Shown here piece by piece: positions 51,985-61,859 of a stretch of DNA of 64,000 nucleotides. The notes below the pieces were generated by a model. The model was not told the DNA's origin and did not search any database. It saw only the letters and a program-made list of their open reading frames with translations. The stretch is from Nitrospirales bacterium (GTDB lineage: Bacteria > Nitrospirota > Nitrospiria > Nitrospirales > UBA8639). A program made the position numbers and the translations under genes. The stretch covers positions 2,105 through 66,104 of the forward strand of contig DAORAP010000014.1 in the NCBI GenBank assembly GCA_035344255.1. Direction: 5' to 3'. Each line of letters begins with the position of its first letter. The stretch's first letter is position 1.

Positions 51985-52830
51985 TTAAATGACGTCCACA
52001 ATAATTCGCTCCATCCGTTTAAAATAGACCGTTCCACTCACAACCAAAATGACAGCCGTTACCATTCCAGGCCATATGTATATCCAAGGGATCGAAGTTC
52101 CCAGCAAACAGGCTCTAAACCCCTCTATGACCCCAACAATGGGATTCAGCGAATAAAGGAAGCGATATTGTTCCGGTATGGATGAGGCCGAGTAGACAAT
52201 TGGGGCGCTGTACATGAGCATTTGAATAAAAAACGGCATCGCCTGCTTAACATCCCGAAACCGAATGGCCAGAGAACACAACCATGTCCCTATGCCCAGG
52301 GGAATGGACATCATCATGACTAAGAACAAGGGGAATAAGAGCAAATTCCATGTGGGAGACACACGATAGTACAGCATGATGCAGACGATAATGAACATGG
52401 AAATACTAAAATCAACCAGCTTAGCCAGCACTGGAGTAATGGGAAATATTAATCGAGGAAAATAAATCTTCCCAAGCATACTCGATCCCTGAAGAAGGCT
52501 TTGACTGGATAGTGACGTCGCCTGAGAGATATAGGCCCAGGGGATAATCGCGACGCTGGAAAAAAGAATATAGGGAATTCCATCCGTCGATAACTTAGCA
52601 ACTTTCCCGAAAATTATCGTGAAAATAACAATCTGTACGAGAGGCTGGAGAATGGCCCACATAAATCCTAAAATGGTCTGAGCATACAACGCTTTAATAT
52701 CCCGCCACACCAGGAAATAGAACAAATCTCGATAGTCTTTCAACTCCTGAAAACCTGTCATTGCCCATCCAGATTTTGGGGGAATGACGGTTAAAGAATC
52801 TCCGCTTGGTGTACCAAAATTATCGCTCAT
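51985..52830 (-). CDS. wzm: Polysaccharide ABC exporter permease
   Basis: RDIKALYAQTILGFMWAILQP, KIYFPR, RFRDV and LNPIVGVIEGFR; six TM segments; adjacent to wzt. Confidence 0.92.
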   Translation of the reverse strand: MSDNFGTPSGDSLTVIPPKSGWAMTGFQELKDYRDLFYFLVWRDIKALYAQTILGFMWAILQPLVQIVIFTIIFGKVAKLSTDGIPYILFSSVAIIPWAYISQATSLSSQSLLQGSSMLGKIYFPRLIFPITPVLAKLVDFSISMFIIVCIMLYYRVSPTWNLLLFPLFLVMMMSIPLGIGTWLCSLAIRFRDVKQAMPFFIQMLMYSAPIVYSASSIPEQYRFLYSLNPIVGVIEGFRACLLGTSIPWIYIWPGMVTAVILVVSGTVYFKRMERIIVDVI

Positions 52831-53977
52831 TTATATTCCCTTCATATCCCTTTCACGCCCTCTTTAAAACTTATGCTGAAATTTAAAAAACTGAAAATAA
52901 ATTGATCCAAGCAACAACTATTGGTTTTTCCGCATAGAGAAAAATCTTTTTCCATGAGCTAAACTCCGTAAATGCTCTGCATAAGGGAAAATATCAGAGC
53001 ATTCTGGCAGTTTGACTATAAATTCAAATTATCGAGCCATTAAGCTGCACATGCTTGAGAAGCCAAGAACCCAATACTCATTTTCCCCTAATCCCAGCAG
53101 CAAGCCAGGCTTTTGAGCGACACAGGCCAGCCACGGTTGCAATTTCTTCCCGAGGTCGCCAAATGGGCATCTCTCACCCAGGATATGGTGTTCGGTAATG
53201 AGGAAACCCTACAAGGCCTACGTAAATATACGCGTTATCAGCGAGGTGAATGATGATGCCTTTCCCTAAACGTGCCGGACCGAAACCCGAGAATTGGATC
53301 ACTTTCGAAAAAGCCAACCAAGGTATTTTCATGGAGGAAATTGAACCTGGCAAATAAGCATCCGGCTAAGCATCCGTCACATTACCAACTCAAAGAGTTG
53401 ACATTTATCAATTTTTATAACCTTCCATCTCGAATTTAACTTTCATCTTGGGGGTGGAGATAGCTGATCCACCCAGACATGCAAAATTCAGTCTTTTATC
53501 TTAACCTTGCTCTAATTGTTAATTAATCCCTATATATAACCGGTAATTCTAATAATAAAAACAATTCCGCCTAATAAGTTTCTCCTTGCCAGACTTGTAT
53601 GGGAAACCCTTCAGGCAACCCCAGGCAAGACCTTTAAGGAGGGGCCAGGGCAATTCCAAAACGGATTGGGATTCGGGGGATTTTTTGACACCCGACACAA
53701 GAAAAATATAACAGGTTTGGATATCATTCAATTTTTTTCGAAATCCATACCTATCACCAGAGCTTCGGCAAAAAGTTGTTTACAAGGACCCCTGCGCGTT
53801 GGCGCTATCTATGGCATTCTTAAACTTGCCCTTCATAGCACCGATGACAACAATCCTTCGATACCCAGAAAATTCACAAAGAAGAACAGTTAACAAACTT
53901 CATACTATTCCCTGGTACCACACGATTAACCAGATAATACTATAATCTCTCGCTGAAAAAGCCTCAGACTAAAACCC

Positions 53978-54967
53978 CTATTTCCATCTTCCGTCAACAG
54001 TTGCCATCCATGACTCATTAACGAAGTGAGCATCCACATGATGCATCCCTTTGGCATTCCACCCTTCACCCGTCATGGTGACGACTGGACTCTCGGAAAC
54101 TATCTTTTCCTTATATTCGGTTTTTGATAGTTCCAGTATTTCAAATGCAAATACTTGAATACCGTAACGCGGCTCATCATCCTGGGTAAACCTGTAAAGA
54201 CGGCCATCATGGTTGAGCACTCTCCCACCTGGCCTCGAAATATGCTTATTAAACTTCACGACCGGATTCATCGGGTGAGGCCTCCATTCGCCCATCAACT
54301 CATCAGAATAGTACAGATTTAAGGCGTCATTTTTGGGATTTGTATAAAACAACCACCAAGTATTGTTATGTCGAAAAATGGAGGGGTCGACATAACGTTC
54401 CCCACTGAAGATATTTTTAACGAATTGCCATTCCCCTGGAAATGAAGTGGCCCGGTAGAGCCTTATCGAAAGATCCTCGTGACTCTCCGGGATTAGGTAA
54501 TAATTTCCTTCCCACTTAAATACATAGGGATAAGACAAGTGGAATGGTTCATCGAGGATAATTTTCTTGTATTCCCATTTTTTCCCATCCTGGCTTTCCG
54601 CATATCCAAGGTCTCCCTGAGAATTAGCCCGATTTAACACTTCGAAAAACATATAAAAGCGACCATCCTCCACGGCCATAAATGGATCGGCAACGAATTG
54701 GGCATGGACATCCGTCACATCCTTTCCGGTGAGAACCGGATTCGAGATGGATTTCGGGTCCTGCAACTCAAATGGGGATATGCCCGTATAAACTCCAATT
54801 GCCCAGGGGCCATAACTGACACCCCCCTCATTTTGATTAAAAAAATTATAGGCCATCTTGCCATACTGATAAGGAAACACCTGAAATTTGCATATTGATA
54901 TCCCATAAATGATGCCGGTCCCTAAAATTGCCACCCCAAAAATTAGAGAAATAAGATATTTTCTCAT
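53978..54967 (-). CDS. Membrane-anchored five-bladed beta-propeller protein (GH43/GH32-like; GINT1 N-terminal-like)
   Basis: N-terminal TM helix, FVADPF, FMFFE, HLSYPYVF, YLIPES, VDPSIF, RPGG and GMHHVD. Confidence 0.72.
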   Translation of the reverse strand: MRKYLISLIFGVAILGTGIIYGISICKFQVFPYQYGKMAYNFFNQNEGGVSYGPWAIGVYTGISPFELQDPKSISNPVLTGKDVTDVHAQFVADPFMAVEDGRFYMFFEVLNRANSQGDLGYAESQDGKKWEYKKIILDEPFHLSYPYVFKWEGNYYLIPESHEDLSIRLYRATSFPGEWQFVKNIFSGERYVDPSIFRHNNTWWLFYTNPKNDALNLYYSDELMGEWRPHPMNPVVKFNKHISRPGGRVLNHDGRLYRFTQDDEPRYGIQVFAFEILELSKTEYKEKIVSESPVVTMTGEGWNAKGMHHVDAHFVNESWMATVDGRWK

Positions 54968-55386
54968 AACGCTTTTTCCTTTGGGCCTAACCGGAGCCCA
55001 TGTCGTTGTGGATTAATTTTTCTTGCTCCTTATTTAGAAGACATGAACCTCTGTTCAAGCTCGGGTGCGAACGAATCCTACCCACACAGCTTCACTCAAC
55101 CAGAATTTTTTGATGAGCCTTGCATCTTACCCAGTTCAAGGGTGCCTTCTGCCCATGCTCTTCCACTAATTGCCTTTAAAAACATTGGGTTGGACGGTTG
55201 AAGACTTCATAGCAGCAACAAGCTGCAAGAACCAGCCATTCAACAAGGTAGAGATATACGTCGCAAGATCACACCTTCCAGTCGCACGATGGTTAAAGCA
55301 ACGACAACCATACAACGGGCCGTTGGCTGCAGGAACCAAATCCCCAGGCTCAACAAGTTCATTTCATCTAAAATCTGGATCACTTT

Positions 55387-56595
55387 TTACTTTTGATAAT
55401 CAGTAATAAGTTTTCCTATCATTTTCTCATACTGATTTTCGAAATTTTCCATTGTATGATTGGCTCTGGCAAACTCCCATGCTGTTCGAGCCCTTCGCTT
55501 AAGTTCTTGGGGTGAAGCGGTCGCAATTTGTCGCACAGCCTCCCGGATTGCCTCAATAGAACAATCAGCAAGTACGACACCTGCATCGTTACTTATATCC
55601 ACACCGGATTCGTGACTGATAATAGGAATAAGTCCCGCATGCAAACACGTTATGACTGCTCCTGCGCTACCTTCGGAACAAGATGAATAGACAAGTCCAA
55701 CACACCTGGCGGCTAAATTCACAAACTCCGGACTACCAATATCGATCCACCCGAAGGTATGAATATTAGGTGTGTGATACAGTTCGTGATCATACACACG
55801 CTCAAAATCCTTCTCGTTCGCTACCGGACCACAAACCGTCAGATGGTACTCTGGCATTCCTGCGAATGCTTCTAACACTAAATCCAAACCTTTATGAACC
55901 ATTCCCTCACTCCCCAGCCACAAGAATTGGGATCGACAGGATTCAAAATTTTTCCCTTCCGTCCAAGGATACACAAATTCTGCCGGATTCGGGACAACAT
56001 GGAAGGGTTTGTTGGCATAGCGAAACGTTTGAAGGCAAAATTCAGAGGGAACGGTTAAACAATCGGCATATTCAACAGCCAAGGCGTACTGTAGTGGCAT
56101 AAACCTCCGAGACCGCACGGTCACGTGCTTCCTCTCTTGCAGAGCCATTAGGCGGTTAGCCTCTGCCGCATTATGAAAATAGGGATGAGCCGTCGTGACA
56201 TGCAACACCTTTACACAATCTTTGTTGAGTTTTGGTGCAAGCCGTTCAAAATTCATCCGAGTATCAATGAAAAATGTATAGTCCTTTTCTGGAAGAAATC
56301 CCTTGTTTTGATTAGAAATAACATCAACCACAAAACCAAAGTTCAAAAATTTTGTCGCCATCCGCTGAGTAACAACCCAACTTGGATGGTAGGAGGTAAC
56401 TGGTTGGTTTGAATTTTTCAAAAAGAATTCAATTCTGTAGGAAAGAAGTACATGACCTCGAATAGGGCCATCGGGATTAAGTCTTACCACCTGATTTTGA
56501 ATAGACGGGTTGAATCTCTCAAGCATGTTCCCAAGCACTCTATGAACCAACCCAAGCACTTTTGTGCCAAACTTACGAACTACGCTCATCAACAA
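55387..56595 (-). CDS. Glycosyltransferase (GT4-like)
   Basis: LWLGSEGMVHKGLDLVLEAF and SEGSAGAVITCLHAGLIPIIS in the C-terminal GT-B lobe. Confidence 0.82.
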   Translation of the reverse strand: MLMSVVRKFGTKVLGLVHRVLGNMLERFNPSIQNQVVRLNPDGPIRGHVLLSYRIEFFLKNSNQPVTSYHPSWVVTQRMATKFLNFGFVVDVISNQNKGFLPEKDYTFFIDTRMNFERLAPKLNKDCVKVLHVTTAHPYFHNAAEANRLMALQERKHVTVRSRRFMPLQYALAVEYADCLTVPSEFCLQTFRYANKPFHVVPNPAEFVYPWTEGKNFESCRSQFLWLGSEGMVHKGLDLVLEAFAGMPEYHLTVCGPVANEKDFERVYDHELYHTPNIHTFGWIDIGSPEFVNLAARCVGLVYSSCSEGSAGAVITCLHAGLIPIISHESGVDISNDAGVVLADCSIEAIREAVRQIATASPQELKRRARTAWEFARANHTMENFENQYEKMIGKLITDYQK

Positions 56596-56726
56596 TCACA
56601 ATCTCTTTGAAATTGAATTAAAAGGCTTTGCTTAAAAAGCAAAAAAGCTCTGGCAATGATAATCCACTTAGGAATCTAGGAAGGCTACAATCCTCACCAC
56701 CGCGCATATCCCAGTCACCTGACTAG

Positions 56727-57680
56727 TCATCTTGCTTGCGGGGCCATTGAAGAGAGAGAAGGGTCTGCTTTGTACCATTCCACGGTTTTCTGTAGACCAC
56801 TTTCAAGCGAAACCTTTGGTTTCCACCCAAGCTTCTCAAAGGTCATCATTACTTCGGCCTTTCGTGCTGGTTCCAATACTCGGTCAGGCAGTACCCCAAA
56901 TTGAGGTTGCGCAGAAGACCCCACATACCTGACCAGCTTTTCTACCAACTCACGAACGGTCACGAGTGTTCCCGAACCTAAGTCAAGTGTGGCCCCCTCA
57001 ATCTGCGGCATCTGTGCCGAGGCAAGAAAGCCGTCGATGACGTCATCAATATAAATCCAGTCGGCGTTCCATTGCCCATTAGAAAGCTTAGGAGATTCGC
57101 CTTTCAGGAGGGAGAGGACAACAGAGGGAATTAATTTTCGAGAATCTTGTCCCGGACCATATGTCATAAAGGTTCTGACAATCACTAGAGGAGTTCCATA
57201 AAGTGCATGGAACATACGTCCATACCCGCTACTCGCCCATTTGGCAGCGGCATACGGCGAACTCGGAATCATCTTAAGATCCTCGGGTTGGGGCTCATTT
57301 AGGGACCCTGCCAATACGACCCGCTGACAACCAGCTTCCGTGGCAACCGTTAGCAGATTTACGGTACTGGTGAGTAGGCTGTGGAATGTAGGCAACACGA
57401 ATTCCACAGCTTGAATAGCTGAAGCCAAACCGGACATATGGTAAATGATATCGGGTTTGACGTTTGCAAATAGATTGCGAACCGCGCCCAGATTCTCCAA
57501 ATCCGCTTGCCACCAGAGAGGTCCACCCTTGACGCTGGGTCTCTGCGTACGGGAAGTCGCGTGGACTTCCCCACTAATCGCGCATAATCGCTGGATCAAA
57601 TGAGTGCCCAAAAACCCACTTGCACCCGTGACTAAGATTTTGGCATTTGACAACGAAGCCATAACCGGTTTTACAGGCAT
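56727..57680 (-). CDS. NAD-dependent epimerase/dehydratase (extended SDR; possible NDP-4-keto sugar reductase)
   Basis: GASGFLG, YAAAK, RTFMTYGPG and DWIYIDD. Confidence 0.85.
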   Translation of the reverse strand: MPVKPVMASLSNAKILVTGASGFLGTHLIQRLCAISGEVHATSRTQRPSVKGGPLWWQADLENLGAVRNLFANVKPDIIYHMSGLASAIQAVEFVLPTFHSLLTSTVNLLTVATEAGCQRVVLAGSLNEPQPEDLKMIPSSPYAAAKWASSGYGRMFHALYGTPLVIVRTFMTYGPGQDSRKLIPSVVLSLLKGESPKLSNGQWNADWIYIDDVIDGFLASAQMPQIEGATLDLGSGTLVTVRELVEKLVRYVGSSAQPQFGVLPDRVLEPARKAEVMMTFEKLGWKPKVSLESGLQKTVEWYKADPSLSSMAPQAR

Positions 57681-57767
57681 TGATTCAAAATTGCCTATCT
57701 CGCATTTGCCACTAGGATTACTTGAGATGATTGTAAAAAGACAATTCCCCGAGGTAATGAGGAAAAT

Positions 57768-58613
57768 TCAGGACAACTGACACCCAAACATTTCCACAGA
57801 CTTCAGAAGGTTATCTGATGTACCAATATCAATATATTTCCCCTCTGGGAATACCACGCCATACACCTTCAACCCTCTGTTGATTGCCGCTTGTATGACG
57901 GCTCCAACGGTCAGATCCTCTGCTTCCAGTCTGCCGGCTTTTAAGATCTCAGATTCGATTTCCCTTCGATAGTCCTCGAGATATGAATGCATAAACTGTG
58001 TAAACACCGGCGTCCACACTCCACCCAACCAACAGAGCTGCAAGGCAGTTTTATCCGGTTTCAAAAACATCGCGTGAATTTTCCCGTTTTCATCCATCTT
58101 CACCATATCCATAAGTTGGGGATTATGTGCTGGAAAAATGGCTAGGACCACATCGGCTTGCGTGCGTTCTTGCTGTTTGAGTAATGGACTAAACACATTT
58201 TCGGAGCTAATCATTATATCCGGAAACCCAAACGCCACCAACTTATCATGAACAAACGGGTAAGCTTGGTCTAAGGTAAATGGCGGTCCCAGGGACTCTC
58301 CCATGATCAAATATCCTAAATGCATTTTTATGAATTCTCCATGACCAAAATAGGCAGGAATATCCCATTTGCCTTTACGAAGAACAATATACGTCTTCGT
58401 GATTCCTGCTATTTGAAACTTCTCCAATAGATAGTGCCCTACAACCTTAGGGCGAGGCTGAGAACTTCCCTCCATGAGATGAAAACCAAGAGGGAATAAC
58501 TCTTTACTGCAAGGCAAGGGGGAAATTCTTTCGGCTTTTCCACCAGCCGGCATCAACCCGACAACTTCTCTCTCGCAAGATTTTGCGGTAGCTACGGTCA
58601 AAGGATTCATCAT
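57768..58613 (-). CDS. Sugar-1-phosphate nucleotidyltransferase family (RmlA-like)
   Basis: GLMPAGGKAERISPLPCSKEL, FGFPD and YIDIGT. Confidence 0.8.
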   Translation of the reverse strand: MMNPLTVATAKSCEREVVGLMPAGGKAERISPLPCSKELFPLGFHLMEGSSQPRPKVVGHYLLEKFQIAGITKTYIVLRKGKWDIPAYFGHGEFIKMHLGYLIMGESLGPPFTLDQAYPFVHDKLVAFGFPDIMISSENVFSPLLKQQERTQADVVLAIFPAHNPQLMDMVKMDENGKIHAMFLKPDKTALQLCWLGGVWTPVFTQFMHSYLEDYRREIESEILKAGRLEAEDLTVGAVIQAAINRGLKVYGVVFPEGKYIDIGTSDNLLKSVEMFGCQLS

Positions 58614-58636
58614 AGGCTCGTCATTTCCTGAATGAA

Positions 58637-59935
58637 TCAGTCAACAATTTCCTTCAACAACCCATGTTTAGCTAGCATTTCGGCTGCCTCAGAGATAATA
58701 CGAAAAGGCATGTTGGACCGTTCCGCGATTTCTAAAACGGAGTAATGACCATCGGATAAATTGAGCACCCAAAGCATTGCCATTTCCCGTTTCGCTCCTT
58801 CGGACTCACCTCCAATTGCCCGATACAAACCCCTTTTCCCTAGTTGTGGTTCACACTGAAGGTTTTGACTGAGAAAGGTTTTATTTCGTTCAAGAAGCCT
58901 CAAGACTTCTAAGCAACTGGTGAATGATTCTTGAAGATACTTTGGTTGAACAAACGTTAGATTGTCGCCAGAGGTGTGATATTCAGAATATTCTCCATGA
59001 GGCGTTCTCATGAAACAGCCAACAGGCAAATTGAAACCGGGAGAACAGTATTGCCTTTCATCATACCCATAAGGAAAAAAATCGATAATGGTATGCGCCT
59101 GCCCAGACGTTTTAAGAACGTAATTGAACGCCCGGTCAATCTCCGCATTTCCTTGCCGACTTTTTTTGTAGGTCACCGCCCCAGAGTCCCCCACTCCGGT
59201 CACAACTATCCCTGCCTTGATCTTGGACACCTGCCCTTCATGCAACGCCAGCCAAGTAATAGACCCAATCGTTCCAGGGATAAAAAGAAATCGATACGAG
59301 TAGCGCAACGATGTCAAACGTAAAGTTTTGGCAAGAAACATCGAAAGAGCAATTCCGGAAAGGTTGTCGTTGCATAGAGATGGGTGACAAATATGACACG
59401 AGATTAAAATTTCTTGGTCTGACTCCCCTTTGAGATAGCATGTGCCGTAAGTCAAATGCCCTTCTGCCATTGTTGAATCAATGCACACCTCATATTCTTT
59501 ATCTGTCAGCTCCATCAATTTCCGGTGACTCAGGCAGAATCCCCAGCTTTCCTTGTAGTAGGACGTACGGTAGGGAATTCTTTCAGGAGCACCAGGCAAA
59601 GAATGCAAATGAGGCTTTAACTCCTCGAGAGTCATTGTGGCGTGAATCGGCTGGCTATAGCTGACAACATGCAGGTTTGATTTCTTAAAATCGACCACCC
59701 TCTCTCCCCTGGCGTTCTTTATATATGCATCTTGAATATTCCACTCTTTAGGTACGATCCAATCAAAGACTTTGGTTCCGCTCGGGACTTCATGGATCTC
59801 AACAGGAATATGCTTTCCGATAAGATGAAGCGTCTCTCGAACACCATTGCCTGTAATACTCCGACAAATGGGATATAGATCGGCAATGAGCCGGTGCATC
59901 TCTTTCCCCATCTGGAGTTCTGTTTGATCAGACAT
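58637..59935 (-). CDS. DUF4910 protein (aminopeptidase-like/M28 fold plus DUF2172 and a winged helix)
   Basis: LYPICRSITGNGVRETL, FDWIVPKEW, NLHVVSYS, IPYRTSYY, HICHPSLCNDNLSG, GYDERQYCSPG, EYHTSGDNL and PQLGKRGLY. Confidence 0.88.
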   Translation of the reverse strand: MSDQTELQMGKEMHRLIADLYPICRSITGNGVRETLHLIGKHIPVEIHEVPSGTKVFDWIVPKEWNIQDAYIKNARGERVVDFKKSNLHVVSYSQPIHATMTLEELKPHLHSLPGAPERIPYRTSYYKESWGFCLSHRKLMELTDKEYEVCIDSTMAEGHLTYGTCYLKGESDQEILISCHICHPSLCNDNLSGIALSMFLAKTLRLTSLRYSYRFLFIPGTIGSITWLALHEGQVSKIKAGIVVTGVGDSGAVTYKKSRQGNAEIDRAFNYVLKTSGQAHTIIDFFPYGYDERQYCSPGFNLPVGCFMRTPHGEYSEYHTSGDNLTFVQPKYLQESFTSCLEVLRLLERNKTFLSQNLQCEPQLGKRGLYRAIGGESEGAKREMAMLWVLNLSDGHYSVLEIAERSNMPFRIISEAAEMLAKHGLLKEIVD

Positions 59936-59958
59936 ATCCCGCTTAGGCCTTCTGGTTT

Positions 59959-60498
59959 TTAATCATTTGTGAGGATGAAGTCAGGATAACTCTGGTCACG
60001 ATCCGAAATGATGCGTTCATCTGTCGGCCATTGAATTCCAAATAAAGGATCATTCCACCTTACCCCTTTGGCAAATTCAGGAGCGTAAAACTCAGACATT
60101 TGGTAAAAAATTTCCGACTCATTTTGTAAAGTCTGAAATCCGTGAGCAAATCCCTCTGGGATGTATAACATTCGACGGTTTGCTGCGGTGAGGACGACTG
60201 AAAAATGTTGCGTGAACGTTGGAGACAATGGACGCAAATCAATGATCACATCATGAATCGCACCCTTGATACACCAGATGAGCTTGGCTTCTTGATGAGG
60301 AGCAGATTGATAATGCATTCCTCGAAGAACCCCTTTATTTTTATTAAACGACACATTGCACTGGACGGGTTGAAAGGAGATTCCGTGTCCCTCGAAATCA
60401 CGCCGGCACCACGTTCGTGCAAAAAAACCTCGTGGGTCTTCTATCTTTTCCGGATCGATAAGGAAGGCCCCCTTGAGTTGTGACTCCGTGAAGATCAT
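59959..60498 (-). CDS. rfbC: RmlC-type NDP-4-keto-6-deoxyhexose epimerase (cupin)
   Basis: DPRGFFAR, GVLRGMHYQ, KLIWCIKGAIHDVIIDLR and PEGFAHGF. The start at 60498 overlaps the upstream stop (ATGA). Confidence 0.9.
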   Translation of the reverse strand: MIFTESQLKGAFLIDPEKIEDPRGFFARTWCRRDFEGHGISFQPVQCNVSFNKNKGVLRGMHYQSAPHQEAKLIWCIKGAIHDVIIDLRPLSPTFTQHFSVVLTAANRRMLYIPEGFAHGFQTLQNESEIFYQMSEFYAPEFAKGVRWNDPLFGIQWPTDERIISDRDQSYPDFILTND

Positions 60499-61730
60499 GG
60501 ATAGACCACGACTTCCGGGATAGGCACGACAAAGGCCCCACCCCAATCCCGGATAAACGCCATTTGTTCCATGATCTCATCTTTCAGATTCCATGGTAGG
60601 ATCAACAGGTAATCGGGCTTGGTATTCCTAATCGCCTCGGGTTCCTTAATTGGAATATGTGTTCCGGGCAAAAATTTCCCCTGTTTATGAGGACTACGAT
60701 CAACAGTATAATCAATGAAATCTGTTCTGATTCCGCAATAATTCAGTAGGGTATTACCCTTTGCAGGTGCTCCGTAAGCTGCGATGGTTTTCCCTGCTTC
60801 CTTTGCGGAAATGAGGAATAACAACAGTTGCCGTTTCACATAGGTAACCCGACCCACAAATGACGCATAATGTTCTACCCGAGAAAATCCCTCTTTTTCT
60901 TCACGACGCTGAAGCTCAAGGACGCGTGGTTGAATGGATTTGGTTGGGTCTTGTTCGTGTCCACAATAAACTCTCAGAGAACCGCCATGAGTAGATAGTT
61001 CCTCCACATCAAACACTGTCAGCCCATGTTTGGCAAAAATCTTTTGAACCGTATAAAAAGAAAAATAGGAAAAATGTTCATGATAGATCGTATCGAATTG
61101 GGTATCTGCCATTAATCGCATCAGGTGGGGAAATTCCATCGTAATAACCCCTTTGGGCTTTAACAGGACTTTCAGCCCTCGAACAAAATCATTTAAAGCT
61201 GGAACATGCGCCAGTACATTATTGCCAATAAGCAAATCGGCTTGCGTCCCATTGGCTGTAAGATCCTGAGCTAATTTTTCTCCAAAAAATTCCACAATGG
61301 TTGCGACACCCTTTTCTCTGGCTACCTCTGCCACATTCCGAGCTGGCTCGATACCCAAAACCGGAATACCCTGACCACAAAAATTCTTCAATAGATACCC
61401 ATCATTACTGGCGATTTCAATCACCTGGCTGTTGGCATTCAAATCAAAACGCTTTATCATTTGCTCTGAATAGTGTTGCGCATGTCGCAGCCAGGATTCT
61501 GAATAGCTGGAAAAATAGTCATAATCTGAAAAGATTCTATCGGGGCTGGAACATTCCTCAAGCTGGACCAACAGGCAGACTTGACAGACATATACATGCA
61601 AAGGAAAGAAGATTTCCACGGCATTTAGTTGGGATTCGGTCAGATTGCTATTGGCAAGTGGTGACATCCCAAGATCCAAAAAGGTGACTTCCAAGGAAGC
61701 CCCACAAAACCGGCATATGCGTTTCTTCAC
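60495..61730 (-). CDS. SAM-dependent NDP-sugar C-methyltransferase (TcaB9/EryBIII/NovU type)
   Basis: Zinc site CRFC..CQVC, EIASNDG, YHEHFSYF, THGGSLR, YGAPAKGNTLLN and LPWN. Confidence 0.9.
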   Translation of the reverse strand: MKKRICRFCGASLEVTFLDLGMSPLANSNLTESQLNAVEIFFPLHVYVCQVCLLVQLEECSSPDRIFSDYDYFSSYSESWLRHAQHYSEQMIKRFDLNANSQVIEIASNDGYLLKNFCGQGIPVLGIEPARNVAEVAREKGVATIVEFFGEKLAQDLTANGTQADLLIGNNVLAHVPALNDFVRGLKVLLKPKGVITMEFPHLMRLMADTQFDTIYHEHFSYFSFYTVQKIFAKHGLTVFDVEELSTHGGSLRVYCGHEQDPTKSIQPRVLELQRREEKEGFSRVEHYASFVGRVTYVKRQLLLFLISAKEAGKTIAAYGAPAKGNTLLNYCGIRTDFIDYTVDRSPHKQGKFLPGTHIPIKEPEAIRNTKPDYLLILPWNLKDEIMEQMAFIRDWGGAFVVPIPEVVVYP

Positions 61731-61859
61731 AGCAAAACCTCTTTCATTTATACGAAATTTTGTATCTAGAAGGGCACTCGAGAAAATTTCCTATGGGCTC
61801 CACACAAGAGATTGAACGAGAAGACCCTTCATTGTTCCATATAAGTGGCAAGAAAATTA

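Noticed and set aside
53040-53400. Possible transposase relic (LADNAY-like) upstream of wzm
   Set aside because: A single short motif with no IRs is insufficient evidence.
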